Source of the DNA: an uncultured archaeon
GTDB taxonomy: Archaea > Thermoproteota > Nitrososphaeria_A > Caldarchaeales > Wolframiiraptoraceae
DNA length: 64,000 nt
Direction: 5' to 3'
NCBI GenBank assembly: GCA_937974645.1
Contig: CALJVH010000013.1
Location: forward strand, 10,897 to 74,896
Shown here: in pieces, positions 1 to 9,229 of the stretch
Position numbering within the stretch: position 1 is the stretch's first letter
How the letters are laid out: each line of letters starts with the position of its first letter
Position numbers and translations under genes: made by a program
Notes under the pieces: model-generated
Database searches by the model: none
Told to the model about the DNA's origin: nothing
Seen by the model: the letters and a program-made list of their open reading frames with translations, nothing else

Positions 1-128
1 CGCTCTTTAGGAAAAAGATCGGGATTCTGGACTATGAGGTTGGATGGAGCGGGTATAGCGGCTTCCTGATGGTTAAGAGGGCGAGGCTCATCGAGAAGTA
101 GGCTGGCTAAATTTCGAGCGATTAGCGG

Positions 129-524
129 TCAGCCGGCCTTCACATTAACTATCATGTATCTTCCTATGATCTTCCAGTACTCGACCGTGGCACCGGGCTC
201 GAGCTTCTCGCGAAGCTTCTCGTCTTGGGGAATGGGGATCTCGACGATCTCATAGGTCTCGTTATCCATCACGCTGACCATATCTCCCATGGAGACTACT
301 TGGCCGGTTCTCTTCTCGATTATCGGGACCTCGACCTTGTTATCCGCCGGCCCCACAAGCGTCCGCTTAACATTATCGAATATCCCTATCGCCACGACCC
401 TAACCTTCGCCGACCCATGTTTCCCCGGCTTACTCTTCTCAAGCTCCACGATCCTGCAGGGCTCGCCATCGATCACAATATTATGGCCGACCTTGAGGGA
501 GCCGAGCTCGGCAGGCTTACTCAT
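129..524 (-). CDS. eif5a: Translation initiation factor 5A (aIF-5A). ORF runs 129..605 but the likely start is the internal Met at 524 (MSKPAELG...).
   Basis: Hypusine-site loop [11 protein letters not shown]. Product of about 131 aa with the N-terminal SH3-like plus OB fold arrangement typical of aIF5A. Confidence 0.85.
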   Translation of the reverse strand: MSKPAELGSLKVGHNIVIDGEPCRIVELEKSKPGKHGSAKVRVVAIGIFDNVKRTLVGPADNKVEVPIIEKRTGQVVSMGDMVSVMDNETYEIVEIPIPQDEKLREKLEPGATVEYWKIIGRYMIVNVKAG

Positions 525-640
525 GCTCTCGGAAAACCCGGATAACCCGCATATATAAGGGTGTTCTCCGCGAAAGGCCAATCGCGCGATCTCATCCAAC
601 GCCATTAAAAACCTTTAAGATCCCGCTATTCACCCGTGAC

Positions 641-1876
641 GTGGGCTTGAGCTCTATGATCAGCTTGAGGTTCTCGGATATCAACGGCGTGCTCAAGGAG
701 GTATTGATCTCTGAGCGGGAGTTCGAGAGAGCCGCGTCGAGGGGCGTCTGGTTCGACGGCTCATCGATAGAGGGCTTCGCGAGGAGATTTGAAAGCGATA
801 TGATGCTCGTGGCCGATACGAGCACACATTATACCGTGAATGGGGTGAAGACTTACTTCTGCGACGTCTATAGGAATGGAGTACCATTTGAGGGCGATCC
901 GAGGACGGTGTTAAAGACCCTATTGAAGAAAATCGAGTCTAAGGATGGTTTCACGTTCATCACTGCTGGTGAGCTGGAGTTCTATATTCTCAGAGGACAT
1001 GAGCCTATTGATAGCGGGAGCTACTTCGATGTCTCCCCGAGGGATAAGGCCAATTCCATCAAGATCGAGATAGCTGAAAAGCTCTCTAAGGCCGGCATCG
1101 AGTGGAGCATAAGCCATCATGAAGTGGGGCCTGGCCAGAATGAGGTCGACATACTCCACGATAATGGATTGAGAATAGCAGACAAGACCCTTCTAACAAA
1201 GAATATAATCAAGTTGGTCTGCGAGTCAGTGGATTTGAAGGCATCATTTATGCCTAAGCCATTTTATGGTAAGCCTGGAAACGGCTTCCACATACATATG
1301 AGCCTCTGGTCTGGGGAAGAAAACCTCTTCCATGATGAGCAGAACTCCTATGGCCTCTCGAATATGGCAAGAAACTTCATAGCCGGAATATTCGAGCATG
1401 TTAATGGAATCACTGCTGTTGCGAATCCGACCGTAAACTCCTATAAGAGGCTGGGCGAGTTCGAGGCTCCAAAATATGTTTATTGGGGGATGAAGAATAG
1501 GGATGCTCTGATAAGAATCCCAGAATTTCATGACAAGTTTGGAGCGAGAATAGAGTATAGGGCTCCAGATCCATCATCAAACCCGTATCTGCTATTCACG
1601 GTATTGCTGGTAGCCGGGATTGATGGAATTAAGAGGAACTTGGAGCCGCCTAAGCCGATTGAAAAAGACATCTACGAGTATGGCTTGTATAAGGATCTAC
1701 CAACCCTGCCACAGACTCTGGAGAAGGCTTTAGATTCTTTAGAGGAAGATAGGTTGCTCAGGGAGGCGCTGGGACTGGCTGGTGAGAACTTCGTCAAGCT
1801 GAAGAGGCAGGAATGGGATGAATATGCTACTAGGAGGATAACAGATTGGGAGCATGAGAAATATTTTGATGTATAA
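641..1876 (+). CDS. glnA: Glutamine synthetase. GTG start at 641; an ATG alternative lies at 656.
   Basis: GS catalytic region motifs including GFHIHMSLW and NPYLLF. Length and domain order fit type I GS. Confidence 0.85.
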   Translation: MGLSSMISLRFSDINGVLKEVLISEREFERAASRGVWFDGSSIEGFARRFESDMMLVADTSTHYTVNGVKTYFCDVYRNGVPFEGDPRTVLKTLLKKIESKDGFTFITAGELEFYILRGHEPIDSGSYFDVSPRDKANSIKIEIAEKLSKAGIEWSISHHEVGPGQNEVDILHDNGLRIADKTLLTKNIIKLVCESVDLKASFMPKPFYGKPGNGFHIHMSLWSGEENLFHDEQNSYGLSNMARNFIAGIFEHVNGITAVANPTVNSYKRLGEFEAPKYVYWGMKNRDALIRIPEFHDKFGARIEYRAPDPSSNPYLLFTVLLVAGIDGIKRNLEPPKPIEKDIYEYGLYKDLPTLPQTLEKALDSLEEDRLLREALGLAGENFVKLKRQEWDEYATRRITDWEHEKYFDV

Positions 1877-2045
1877 TTGGTTAAGTAATGATCACTAGCT
1901 AATATCGATGCAGAAGAGCTTGGTCAGAGATATGTTCTCGCGAACCTCCTAGAAACACTAGATTTCTCATAAATCCTCACGATGAACTAGATGAGGCGCT
2001 TTCAGCCGTAGTGACTTTTCATACCGTCTAGCTCTCTAGAGTAGC

Positions 2046-3137
2046 TTAGAGTTCTAGGTTGCTGGCATCTATGTAGGCTAAGGGTGGTCCGCCCTTAGTA
2101 CCGGGCGTGACATAGACTTTGTCGGGAAACTGTATTGCTAAGCTGTTGAATGCGTCATGAATCGTATTTAGATCTGCAATTGAACCGGCCTCAATTAGCG
2201 ATATAATTGTCATGCACTCGAGCTTCAGAAGATCAACATTCTCCCCGAAGTATCTGCTCATGAGACTGTATGTCTCAAGAAGCGCCCTTGATGCCTCATA
2301 TCTGTCGGCAGGCCTATACACCTTCTCAAAGGGCTTCAGGAAGTCTCCGAAGAAGTAGTGCTCGATCTTATCCGATGGCATGGATGCGAGTTTAAGAATT
2401 CTCCCAGGATCGTAGATCGTCTGCTTATTTACTTCATATTTCCCTCTACCACTTCGCTTGAGAATGCCGCAGTCTACGAGCCATTCAAATCTCGGTGGTG
2501 CTATATGCCTGTACTTCGCATACTGGCTACTCTTAATCCACTCAATCTTATCCTTGATCATGAGCCTGCGCTCCCTAAACCTCTCAGCTTCTTGAACCTC
2601 CTTCATCCTGCTTCTCGGCATAACGCGCTTTAGCGCTTGCGGATAGGCTTCCTCCATCGCGTATATCATCGCTTCCTGTCGCCTAAACTTCTCCCTCTTT
2701 ATCGCCCAGCTAGCTATCAGCTGGATGAATGGGTGATCTCTCACGAAGATGTTCCAGAGGAAGAAGAGCTTCTCGGCGTCGTTCAGCATTAGGAGGTCTA
2801 TCAGCCTCAGCGACCTATCTCCCTCGACGAGCCTCCTGAACCTTGAGGCGCTTCTCGAGCACAGGTAGAGCTTCCCGAAGACCCCAAGCCTCTGGCTCCG
2901 CCTCTCTATCAGATCGAGCTCCGCCGCCAAGGTCACGTAGTTTCGAGCATTCACGGGGCTTGTGATGAGGCCGATTGGGCGCCCCGATAGAAAGTCCCTA
3001 TCGCCGACGCCCCTAACGATCTCGTGGAGAACAGATGCGAGGAAGTCGAACGTCTTCGGGGCCTCATCCTCCAGCAGGCACGGTATTATCCTGAGGTACC
3101 CGAGCCTGCAAATGTCTCCATGAGCCTCCAATATCAT
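2046..3137 (-). CDS. Hypothetical protein. Candidate restriction endonuclease partner of the upstream methyltransferase, on position only.
   Basis: Start overlaps the methyltransferase stop by 4 nt (ATGA) on the same strand. No recognisable family motifs; possible D...DAEK (PD-ExK-like) stretch is weak. Confidence 0.3.
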   Translation of the reverse strand: MILEAHGDICRLGYLRIIPCLLEDEAPKTFDFLASVLHEIVRGVGDRDFLSGRPIGLITSPVNARNYVTLAAELDLIERRSQRLGVFGKLYLCSRSASRFRRLVEGDRSLRLIDLLMLNDAEKLFFLWNIFVRDHPFIQLIASWAIKREKFRRQEAMIYAMEEAYPQALKRVMPRSRMKEVQEAERFRERRLMIKDKIEWIKSSQYAKYRHIAPPRFEWLVDCGILKRSGRGKYEVNKQTIYDPGRILKLASMPSDKIEHYFFGDFLKPFEKVYRPADRYEASRALLETYSLMSRYFGENVDLLKLECMTIISLIEAGSIADLNTIHDAFNSLAIQFPDKVYVTPGTKGGPPLAYIDASNLEL

Positions 3138-4339
3138 TCCTCCACCACCTCCCTCACTACGGTCAGCGGTCTCGCATTCTCCCAGTCGATGCGTATTGGG
3201 CTCGGCTTGAAGCCCCCCTTATGAAGCTCCAGTATCACCTCTTTGCTGACACCATCATCCTCTCCCAGATACCAGAGATACTTGTTTGATTTTGGGATAA
3301 AGTCGGAGATTATTCCAGCGACCTTGAATCCTATCTCCTCAGCTATCGGCGCTGTTACCCTAGCCATGTCAATAATCCTTCCCTTTAGCCTAACCCTTCC
3401 AAGTACTATTATCGCGGCTCTATCCCATCTAAGCACCCTGAATATCTCTTTAAGAACCTCCCTCATGAACTGCTTGAACCTATCAACCGATTCCGTGTGA
3501 AATAGCTTCCTCGCGACGTCCTCGTACTCATATCCTAGGAACCAGAGCCTCAGCCAATTATCCCAAGCATAGGTCTGCATATTGAAGTACGGCGGCGATG
3601 TTACGACCAAATCAATGGATTCATCTTCTATTGGAAGTTTTCTAGCATCGTGCATGTATGCCTGGCCTCTTACCGTCGGTATTCCATCCCTGAAAATCCT
3701 CAGCGCCTTCACCCTCAAGCACCTCAAAACATTCCTCCGCGGCTTCGAGAAACCATTCATCCTAGCATACCTCTTGACATACCCCGGAGCCATCGAAAAC
3801 GAGTGCGAGCATTTCAGGCTTAGATGAATCCTCGTAGGGCCATGAAGTATCCCGAGCATAAGAGCCCTCAGAAAGATCGCCAAATCCTCGTCCTCAGTCT
3901 CCTCAATGAGATCCCTAACAGCAAGTATCTGCTTGAGAGTATAATTGCTGAAGAAGGCTTTAACGTCATCACTCACTCCCGATATATCGTAGCCCCCCGG
4001 GTCAAGCCTCCTCTCAGCCCACCCAATCCACTCCAGAACATTCCTGAGAGAGGTGGGCCTAACCTTAGCCCTCGTCAAGACATAAGCCTCGGGCGATAAA
4101 TCATTCCCCACACCCACCCTACCGTTAAGGCACGCCTCGAGCGGGGCCGTACCCTTACCACTAAACGGGTCAAGAACCACATCACCAATCCTAGAATACT
4201 TCACCACGAAGTAGTAGGCGAGGGCTGGGGGGAAGCTACCCGTCCTAGAGCAGATCCTATGAAGAGCAATACCCCAACCATCCCTCGCACACTTCCACGA
4301 ATCCTCAAGTTCATAGCTTAGAAGATATTCCGACTGCAA
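3134..4339 (-). CDS. DNA methyltransferase, N6-adenine or N4-cytosine type
   Basis: AdoMet motif I DVVLDPFSGKGTAPLEA near the N-terminus and catalytic motif IV TSPPY about 190 aa downstream. This alpha-like order is characteristic of exocyclic amino-group DNA MTases. Confidence 0.8.
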   Translation of the reverse strand: MQSEYLLSYELEDSWKCARDGWGIALHRICSRTGSFPPALAYYFVVKYSRIGDVVLDPFSGKGTAPLEACLNGRVGVGNDLSPEAYVLTRAKVRPTSLRNVLEWIGWAERRLDPGGYDISGVSDDVKAFFSNYTLKQILAVRDLIEETEDEDLAIFLRALMLGILHGPTRIHLSLKCSHSFSMAPGYVKRYARMNGFSKPRRNVLRCLRVKALRIFRDGIPTVRGQAYMHDARKLPIEDESIDLVVTSPPYFNMQTYAWDNWLRLWFLGYEYEDVARKLFHTESVDRFKQFMREVLKEIFRVLRWDRAAIIVLGRVRLKGRIIDMARVTAPIAEEIGFKVAGIISDFIPKSNKYLWYLGEDDGVSKEVILELHKGGFKPSPIRIDWENARPLTVVREVVEE

Positions 4340-4643
4340 GGCGGCGGCGCTCTCGAATCAATAGCTTTATTCATTCGTCTCAGAATGGCCAGAAAATAAT
4401 TCATGAAAAACGCCTATGTATGTTACCGGATATTCCATTTGCGGAAAATACTCAGAAAAACATTCCTAACTGCGGATAAGATCCATGTATATTCTCCAGG
4501 ATTACCTGGCGAATGACGGCGGGATAATTCTCTTCACAGAAACATTTTCGTGCATCACCTCAGCTGAATCAGTAATGGTGCCTCCAGATACCCTTCCCAA
4601 TCTATGTTTTAATAGGAGCGTATATGATTATGAGCTCTGGGAA

Positions 4644-4779
4644 AGCCCGGTCGTCTAGCGGCCAAACCCGGCTGGTCAGATCGACAGGGGCCTTGGATTC
4701 CAGGCTCTGGATCCATTTTCATGAGGGGACACCTCGCGCCCAATACCTGGAGACGCCGGTTCGAATCCGGCCCGGGCTA
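4644..4779 (+). tRNA. tRNA-Gln(CUG), about 136 nt, with a canonical 37/38 intron (about 34 nt) and an additional about 30 nt insertion in the D-arm region
   Basis: Acceptor AGCCCGG/CCGGGCU with discriminator A. D-loop AGCGGCCAA is typical of archaeal tRNA-Gln. Anticodon stem CCAGG/CCUGG with loop CUCUGG^A split by an intron. T-arm GCCGG-UUCGAAU-CCGGC. Confidence 0.6.
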
Positions 4780-4859
4780 TAACCTCCCCTCTTTCAATAT
4801 TCCCCCTATCGTATGTGCGAAGTAGATTGGGGAAAGAAAGGTGGGGTTGGGCTGGTTGG

Positions 4860-5600
4860 GCGTCGTTTCTAGTAGTCCGTGTCCTCTGAGATATTCTTCG
4901 AGCTGCCGTTGTTTTCTCTAGATTGTGAATCCCACGAGCTGATAGAACCTCAGCAGATGTGACACCCTGATATAGAGATAGTAGACGTTCCTCTTCCTCA
5001 TGTATGTCTTCCCCCTCTCCTTGTTAAAGATGGAGGTTCCTTTCTTTCCTTGTAGATGTGGGCCCGTCGCCTCCGATCCCCCAGACCATGTAAGAGTTTC
5101 TGGATGTATTTGAGGAGGCGTCTATCCGAGTTGTAGCATATAATGTCTCCATCGCCTCTATCTGCATATTCCTCGCTGTCGAAGAATCCTCTCAGGAAGC
5201 TCCTCGCACAATCCTCGGAATGCTCCACGAACCGTCTTATCCCATCTATATCGATGGGCTTTCTTAATAGGTCGTAGAGGGCTTTCGACCGAACCCGCAC
5301 CACAAACAATTCCCCCCTCACTGCTGGCCTCGGCGGACTCCTGCCGAGAACTTTCCCAAGCATCTCGCGAATTCCTCTATGAGCTCCCTGTCCTTGGCCC
5401 TTGCGTCGATCACATACTGGCCGCTTCTTATGCTGATTTTACAGGCTGACCCATCCCCTGCTACAACGCCTATGATGTAAGCGAGCTCGGGAGACGGCTT
5501 TAAGAGGAATCCCTGGATGAGTTTGAGGAGTCGATTAGGCAGTCCGCGTGACACCCAAGTAAGAGAGCCGCAGATAACCGAGCCGCTGTAGCCTCATAGA
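4860..5600 (-). pseudogene. Decayed paralog of the LAGLIDADG-family gene at 49996..51078. Frameshifted, with an internal stop and a truncated N-terminus.
   Basis: ORFs 5318..5554 and 4998..5363 plus a downstream frame encoding ...LLRFYQLVGFTI* align colinearly with the intact copy (LAYIIGVVAGDGSACK, FLRGFFDSEEY). Conserved 3' flank next to a tRNA. Confidence 0.6.
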
Positions 5601-5791
5601 TAGATACGCCAGCTTCATGAAATAAGCGGCCATAAATCGATTTATGGCCGCCGAGGACTCAGGTTCAAACAAGCAATCTCATCGATGCGATAGGATGTCA
5701 GGCCGTATATGTGCGCCAGCTACTGGCAATATGAGGCAACTGCTTTATGCAAAAACGGTTATATCGGTGGGTCTGCATAAAAATTAGAGAC

Positions 5792-6334
5792 TTGAAGGCA
5801 TATTCCGTCAGCGTCGTCGGCCGAGTATAGTGCGTGGGCTACAGAAGATACGTCCTCGAGGTTGCCCAAGAGTTGGGTGTAGCCGGCTTCGTGAAGAACG
5901 AGGAGGATGGCTCAGTATCCATATTCGCCCAGGGTGAGGATGAGGCTCTAGAAATGTTCCTTGATAGGGTAAAAAATCCGCCGCCACCAGCTGTGATCAG
6001 AGAGGTGAAGATAGCTCCCTCGGCGCCTAAACGTGGATTAAAAGTATTCAAGATAAGATACGGCCGGCTCGCAGATGAGCTACAGGAGAGCCTCGGCACG
6101 ATGCAAATGATATTCGTATCCTACTGGGATGAATTCAGGGACTTCAGGGGTGAATTCAAAGATTTCAGGAATGAGTTCAGAGATTTTAGGGATTTGTCGA
6201 TTAAGCTGTCTCAAGAGACGCTGGAGGAGGTGAGGGAGTTGCGGCGGGACCTTCGAGCACTCCTCGACGAGAGGCTGGCTAGGCTGGAGAGGGATGTGGC
6301 TGAGATAAAGGCAAGGCTAGGGCTATCTCCCTAG
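5792..6334 (+). CDS. Acylphosphatase-like domain fused to a C-terminal charged repeat/coiled-coil region. Interrupted by an in-frame TAG at 5828-5830, so a possible pseudogene, or translation restarts at GTG 5834.
   Basis: Upstream frame TTG-KAYSVSVVGRV-TAG-CVGYRRYVLEVAQELGVAGFVKNEEDGSV matches the acylphosphatase core V.GrVQGVgFR...GWVrN..DGsV with Q replaced by a stop. C-terminal tandem DEFRDFRGEFKDFRNEFRDFRD repeats. Confidence 0.45.
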
Positions 6335-6686
6335 CGGCAATGTCGAGCCGCGCCTTGATAAGAGCCCCAATCTGAATCCTAGTTGGGAAAGATGTCTGGA
6401 TGGAGCTATAGCTAATGCCCATCCGAGACATATGCCTTATTGAATGACCTCACGTATCGACTAGGTCGGCGAGCCTAGAGCTGACGGGGCACGCATTCTT
6501 CACAAAATCCACAATATTGGCTGTACCGGTCCATCCAGAGGGTTCTTCGAATGCCTGTGGGGATTTAGGGTTCCTGGGAGATTTGTGAAGGAAATTGGGG
6601 CGAGGATCCTATCATCCAAATTCTCGCACAAGTGGTTTTGACGTTTCTTATATGGATCACTGATTATGGTCGCTTTTCTTGAGCTC

Positions 6687-7883
6687 TTAAAAGCGTTGAG
6701 ATACCGCAATCCTCGGAATAGTTATGAAGATGATTATTGCCGCAAGCTCGAAGGCCGTGCACATCGCTATTATCGGGGTTATGAGGCCGAGGTCGTAGAG
6801 CACTGCCGGGATTATCGCGCCGGCGAGGCCCCCGAGGCCGATGCCAAATGAGTATATCCCGTAGGCGAGGCTTCTGCTCTCTGGGGGCGCTATATCCGCG
6901 ACCACCGCCCTCATTATCGTCTCTGTGGCGCCCGCTGTTAGGCCCCAGAAGACCGCCGCGATATAGAGGCCTATTCTCCCAAGTATTAAGAATGCGGCCG
7001 GTGGTATAATTATCGCCGCGAGCGGCGCGATGACCTGCGCTCTGAGGCCGATCTTGTCGTAAAGCAACCCTATCGGGACGGCTACCGCGGCGTCCACCGC
7101 CATCGCGACCAGGTATAAGACCGGTATCTCGACATCCGCTATGAGCCCCCTATTCGCGAGGTCCTTAGCGTAGTATCCTATCACCTGCCAATAGATGAGG
7201 CCCATCATCAGCATGATTGAGCCGGCCAGAAATGCCCAGAATCTTCTCCCGAGCGGCCTTCTCGCGCCCTGCTCTCTTGCCACCACGGCCCTCGGCACGG
7301 GGTACATGATGACCGCGGCCGCCAGCATCGCGAGCGACAGGATCAATGGGATCCACATTATCCAGAATGCCATTCTGTATCCCTCCGGGCTTCCGCGCGC
7401 GGCTATCATCGCTGAGGCTAGAGCCGGCCCGGTCACAGCGCCAATCTGATCCACTAGCTCGTGGAGGCCGAAGCCCTTCCCGCGGCCCATCTTCTCCGTC
7501 ACTTCCGCCAATATCACGTCTCTAGGTGGCCCCCTCAGCCCCTTGCCAAGCCTCTCGAGGAAGAATATTGCCAGCGCGAGCTCCCATCTTCCAGCGAGGG
7601 CTAGAAACGGAATGAGCGCATTCATCCCGTACCCAAGAATTATTGGGGACCAGAACATTTTCCCGGATGTGGATCTATGTGCGGCGATTCCTCCGACGAG
7701 CCTCATCACATTACTTAGGAGCTCGCCAACGTAGAGTATCCCCGCGGCTATAGCCGGCGCCGCCAGCACGTTTAGATATGCTCCCCCGATGGATCTAGCT
7801 CCTTCGTAAACGATGTCGGCGAATAGGGAGAGCAATGAGATCGCTATGAATGCGTTGAACAATTGCCTAGAAGAGAGCCCCAA
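6687..7883 (-). CDS. MFS-type membrane transporter
   Basis: About 12 predicted hydrophobic helices with a central charged loop (GRRFWAFL / PLGRRF), typical of major facilitator superfamily. Confidence 0.65.
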   Translation of the reverse strand: MGLSSRQLFNAFIAISLLSLFADIVYEGARSIGGAYLNVLAAPAIAAGILYVGELLSNVMRLVGGIAAHRSTSGKMFWSPIILGYGMNALIPFLALAGRWELALAIFFLERLGKGLRGPPRDVILAEVTEKMGRGKGFGLHELVDQIGAVTGPALASAMIAARGSPEGYRMAFWIMWIPLILSLAMLAAAVIMYPVPRAVVAREQGARRPLGRRFWAFLAGSIMLMMGLIYWQVIGYYAKDLANRGLIADVEIPVLYLVAMAVDAAVAVPIGLLYDKIGLRAQVIAPLAAIIIPPAAFLILGRIGLYIAAVFWGLTAGATETIMRAVVADIAPPESRSLAYGIYSFGIGLGGLAGAIIPAVLYDLGLITPIIAMCTAFELAAIIIFITIPRIAVSQRF

Positions 7884-7890
7884 TCATCAA

Positions 7891-8544
7891 TCACTCTCGG
7901 CAGAATCTCAGGATGTATTGCATTGCGAGATCTTCCGCCTTCTTGAGATCTTCTAGGCTTATTCCGGGCACGCCGCAGGTCATTAGATATATGCTTCTCG
8001 TTTCTAAGGTTACTTTGCTGTAGTCCGCGTCGCGGTACGGGTATATCGCTATCAGCCTTTTCGAGTCGGCGACCACTATCTCCCTCCCCTCGAGCCTTTT
8101 GGGCTTATCCATCCCGATCCCCAAGAACTCCTCGCCGCTCTTTGCAAATCTCATGACAAGCTCGTCTCCCTCAAGCTTGTCGGCGTCGAATGCTGCTAGG
8201 GCGATGCGGGATTCGGCCGAGGCCAAGTTATACGCGTCCACGAGGGTATTTATCGCCGGTAAGCTTTTTCCGCTAAGAATTCTCCTTATCAGCGCCTCGG
8301 AGGCAGGTCTAATCTTGGTCGGATCTATCCCGATTCTCCAGAAGAAGTCTCGGTAAGCTCTCATGATCGGATCCTCCTTGAGGGAGTCTAGGCTGAAGCA
8401 CGACCTAACCCTCTGATACACCTCCACCGTAAACCGTTCAAGCTCCTCCGATCTCTCCCGAACTATTAGGCCATTAACCCTCTTCAGGAGGACATGCAGA
8501 TCGGGGTACTTTGACCTAACTTCATCGCTTATGATTATCCTCAT
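7891..8544 (-). CDS. B3/4 domain protein (PheRS beta-subunit-like tRNA-binding/editing domain)
   Basis: Stretches AINTLVDAYNLAS, IAIYPYRD and LMTCGVPGI resemble the B3/B4 domain. Confidence 0.55.
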   Translation of the reverse strand: MRIIISDEVRSKYPDLHVLLKRVNGLIVRERSEELERFTVEVYQRVRSCFSLDSLKEDPIMRAYRDFFWRIGIDPTKIRPASEALIRRILSGKSLPAINTLVDAYNLASAESRIALAAFDADKLEGDELVMRFAKSGEEFLGIGMDKPKRLEGREIVVADSKRLIAIYPYRDADYSKVTLETRSIYLMTCGVPGISLEDLKKAEDLAMQYILRFCRE

Positions 8545-8672
8545 CTCGAGATGATTCTTTCTGAGCGCCTCATCAACTTTATTCCCCCATAAAGTTGATG
8601 ATAAGACCGGTATTTTCTGATGCTATAGAGGAAAGATTTGATGGGGCCCGACAAGTCTGAAAATCCTCTTCC

Positions 8673-9203
8673 TTAGCTCTTCTGCTTGAAGTACCTTCGG
8701 AGGCTCGGTATCTTAGCCAGCGCCAACACCAGCGCCGAGCCGATAGCTGATTGCGCTATTAGCTCCCCCGGTAATACCCCGACGTATCCGGCCCACACCA
8801 CATCCCACCAAGAGAAGCCCGGGAGAATCAGTATTGGGAGATAGGATCCGACGATCAGGGATATGATCAGCGAGGAGACTACGCTTGAGAAAACCACCCT
8901 AATCTTGCTCAATCTGTTATAGCAGATTCGGTAAACGGTGTATGACGCGATGAGGTTCGCGAGGCTCCCGAACGCGATATCGAGCGGGTTGGGCGGGTAT
9001 CCGACCGGGAAGAAATTCGCGAAGAAACATCCCAAGAAGACGCCATATACGGCTGGAAGACCGAGGACCGCCGAGAGCATTATCAGCGCATCGGATACTC
9101 TCACCTGGAATGGGAGGAAGCTTATTGGAGCGAGCATGAATGTTAGGGTGAAATATAGAGCGGCCAATACCATCATTTCGGCGATCTGCTGAATCTTCCT
9201 CAT
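8673..9203 (-). CDS. Small integral membrane protein, QueT/ECF S-component-like
   Basis: About 176 aa with 5-6 hydrophobic helices; resembles queuosine-precursor/ECF substrate-capture subunits. Assignment tentative. Confidence 0.35.
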   Translation of the reverse strand: MRKIQQIAEMMVLAALYFTLTFMLAPISFLPFQVRVSDALIMLSAVLGLPAVYGVFLGCFFANFFPVGYPPNPLDIAFGSLANLIASYTVYRICYNRLSKIRVVFSSVVSSLIISLIVGSYLPILILPGFSWWDVVWAGYVGVLPGELIAQSAIGSALVLALAKIPSLRRYFKQKS

Positions 9204-9229
9204 GCTCTTTACGCCCGCTTAATGCTCCT

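Noticed and set aside
5318-5554. Treating 5318..5554 and 4998..5363 as two separate small genes
   Set aside because: They align consecutively to one intact paralog (49996..51078) and so are pieces of a single decayed gene.
5601-5790. tRNA-Gln 3'-half repeat beyond the decayed LAGLIDADG copy, analogous to the tRNA-Thr repeat
   Set aside because: Only a weak GGTTCAAAC stretch at about 5660-5670 is present, with no stem complementarity. It is not supportable as an att repeat.
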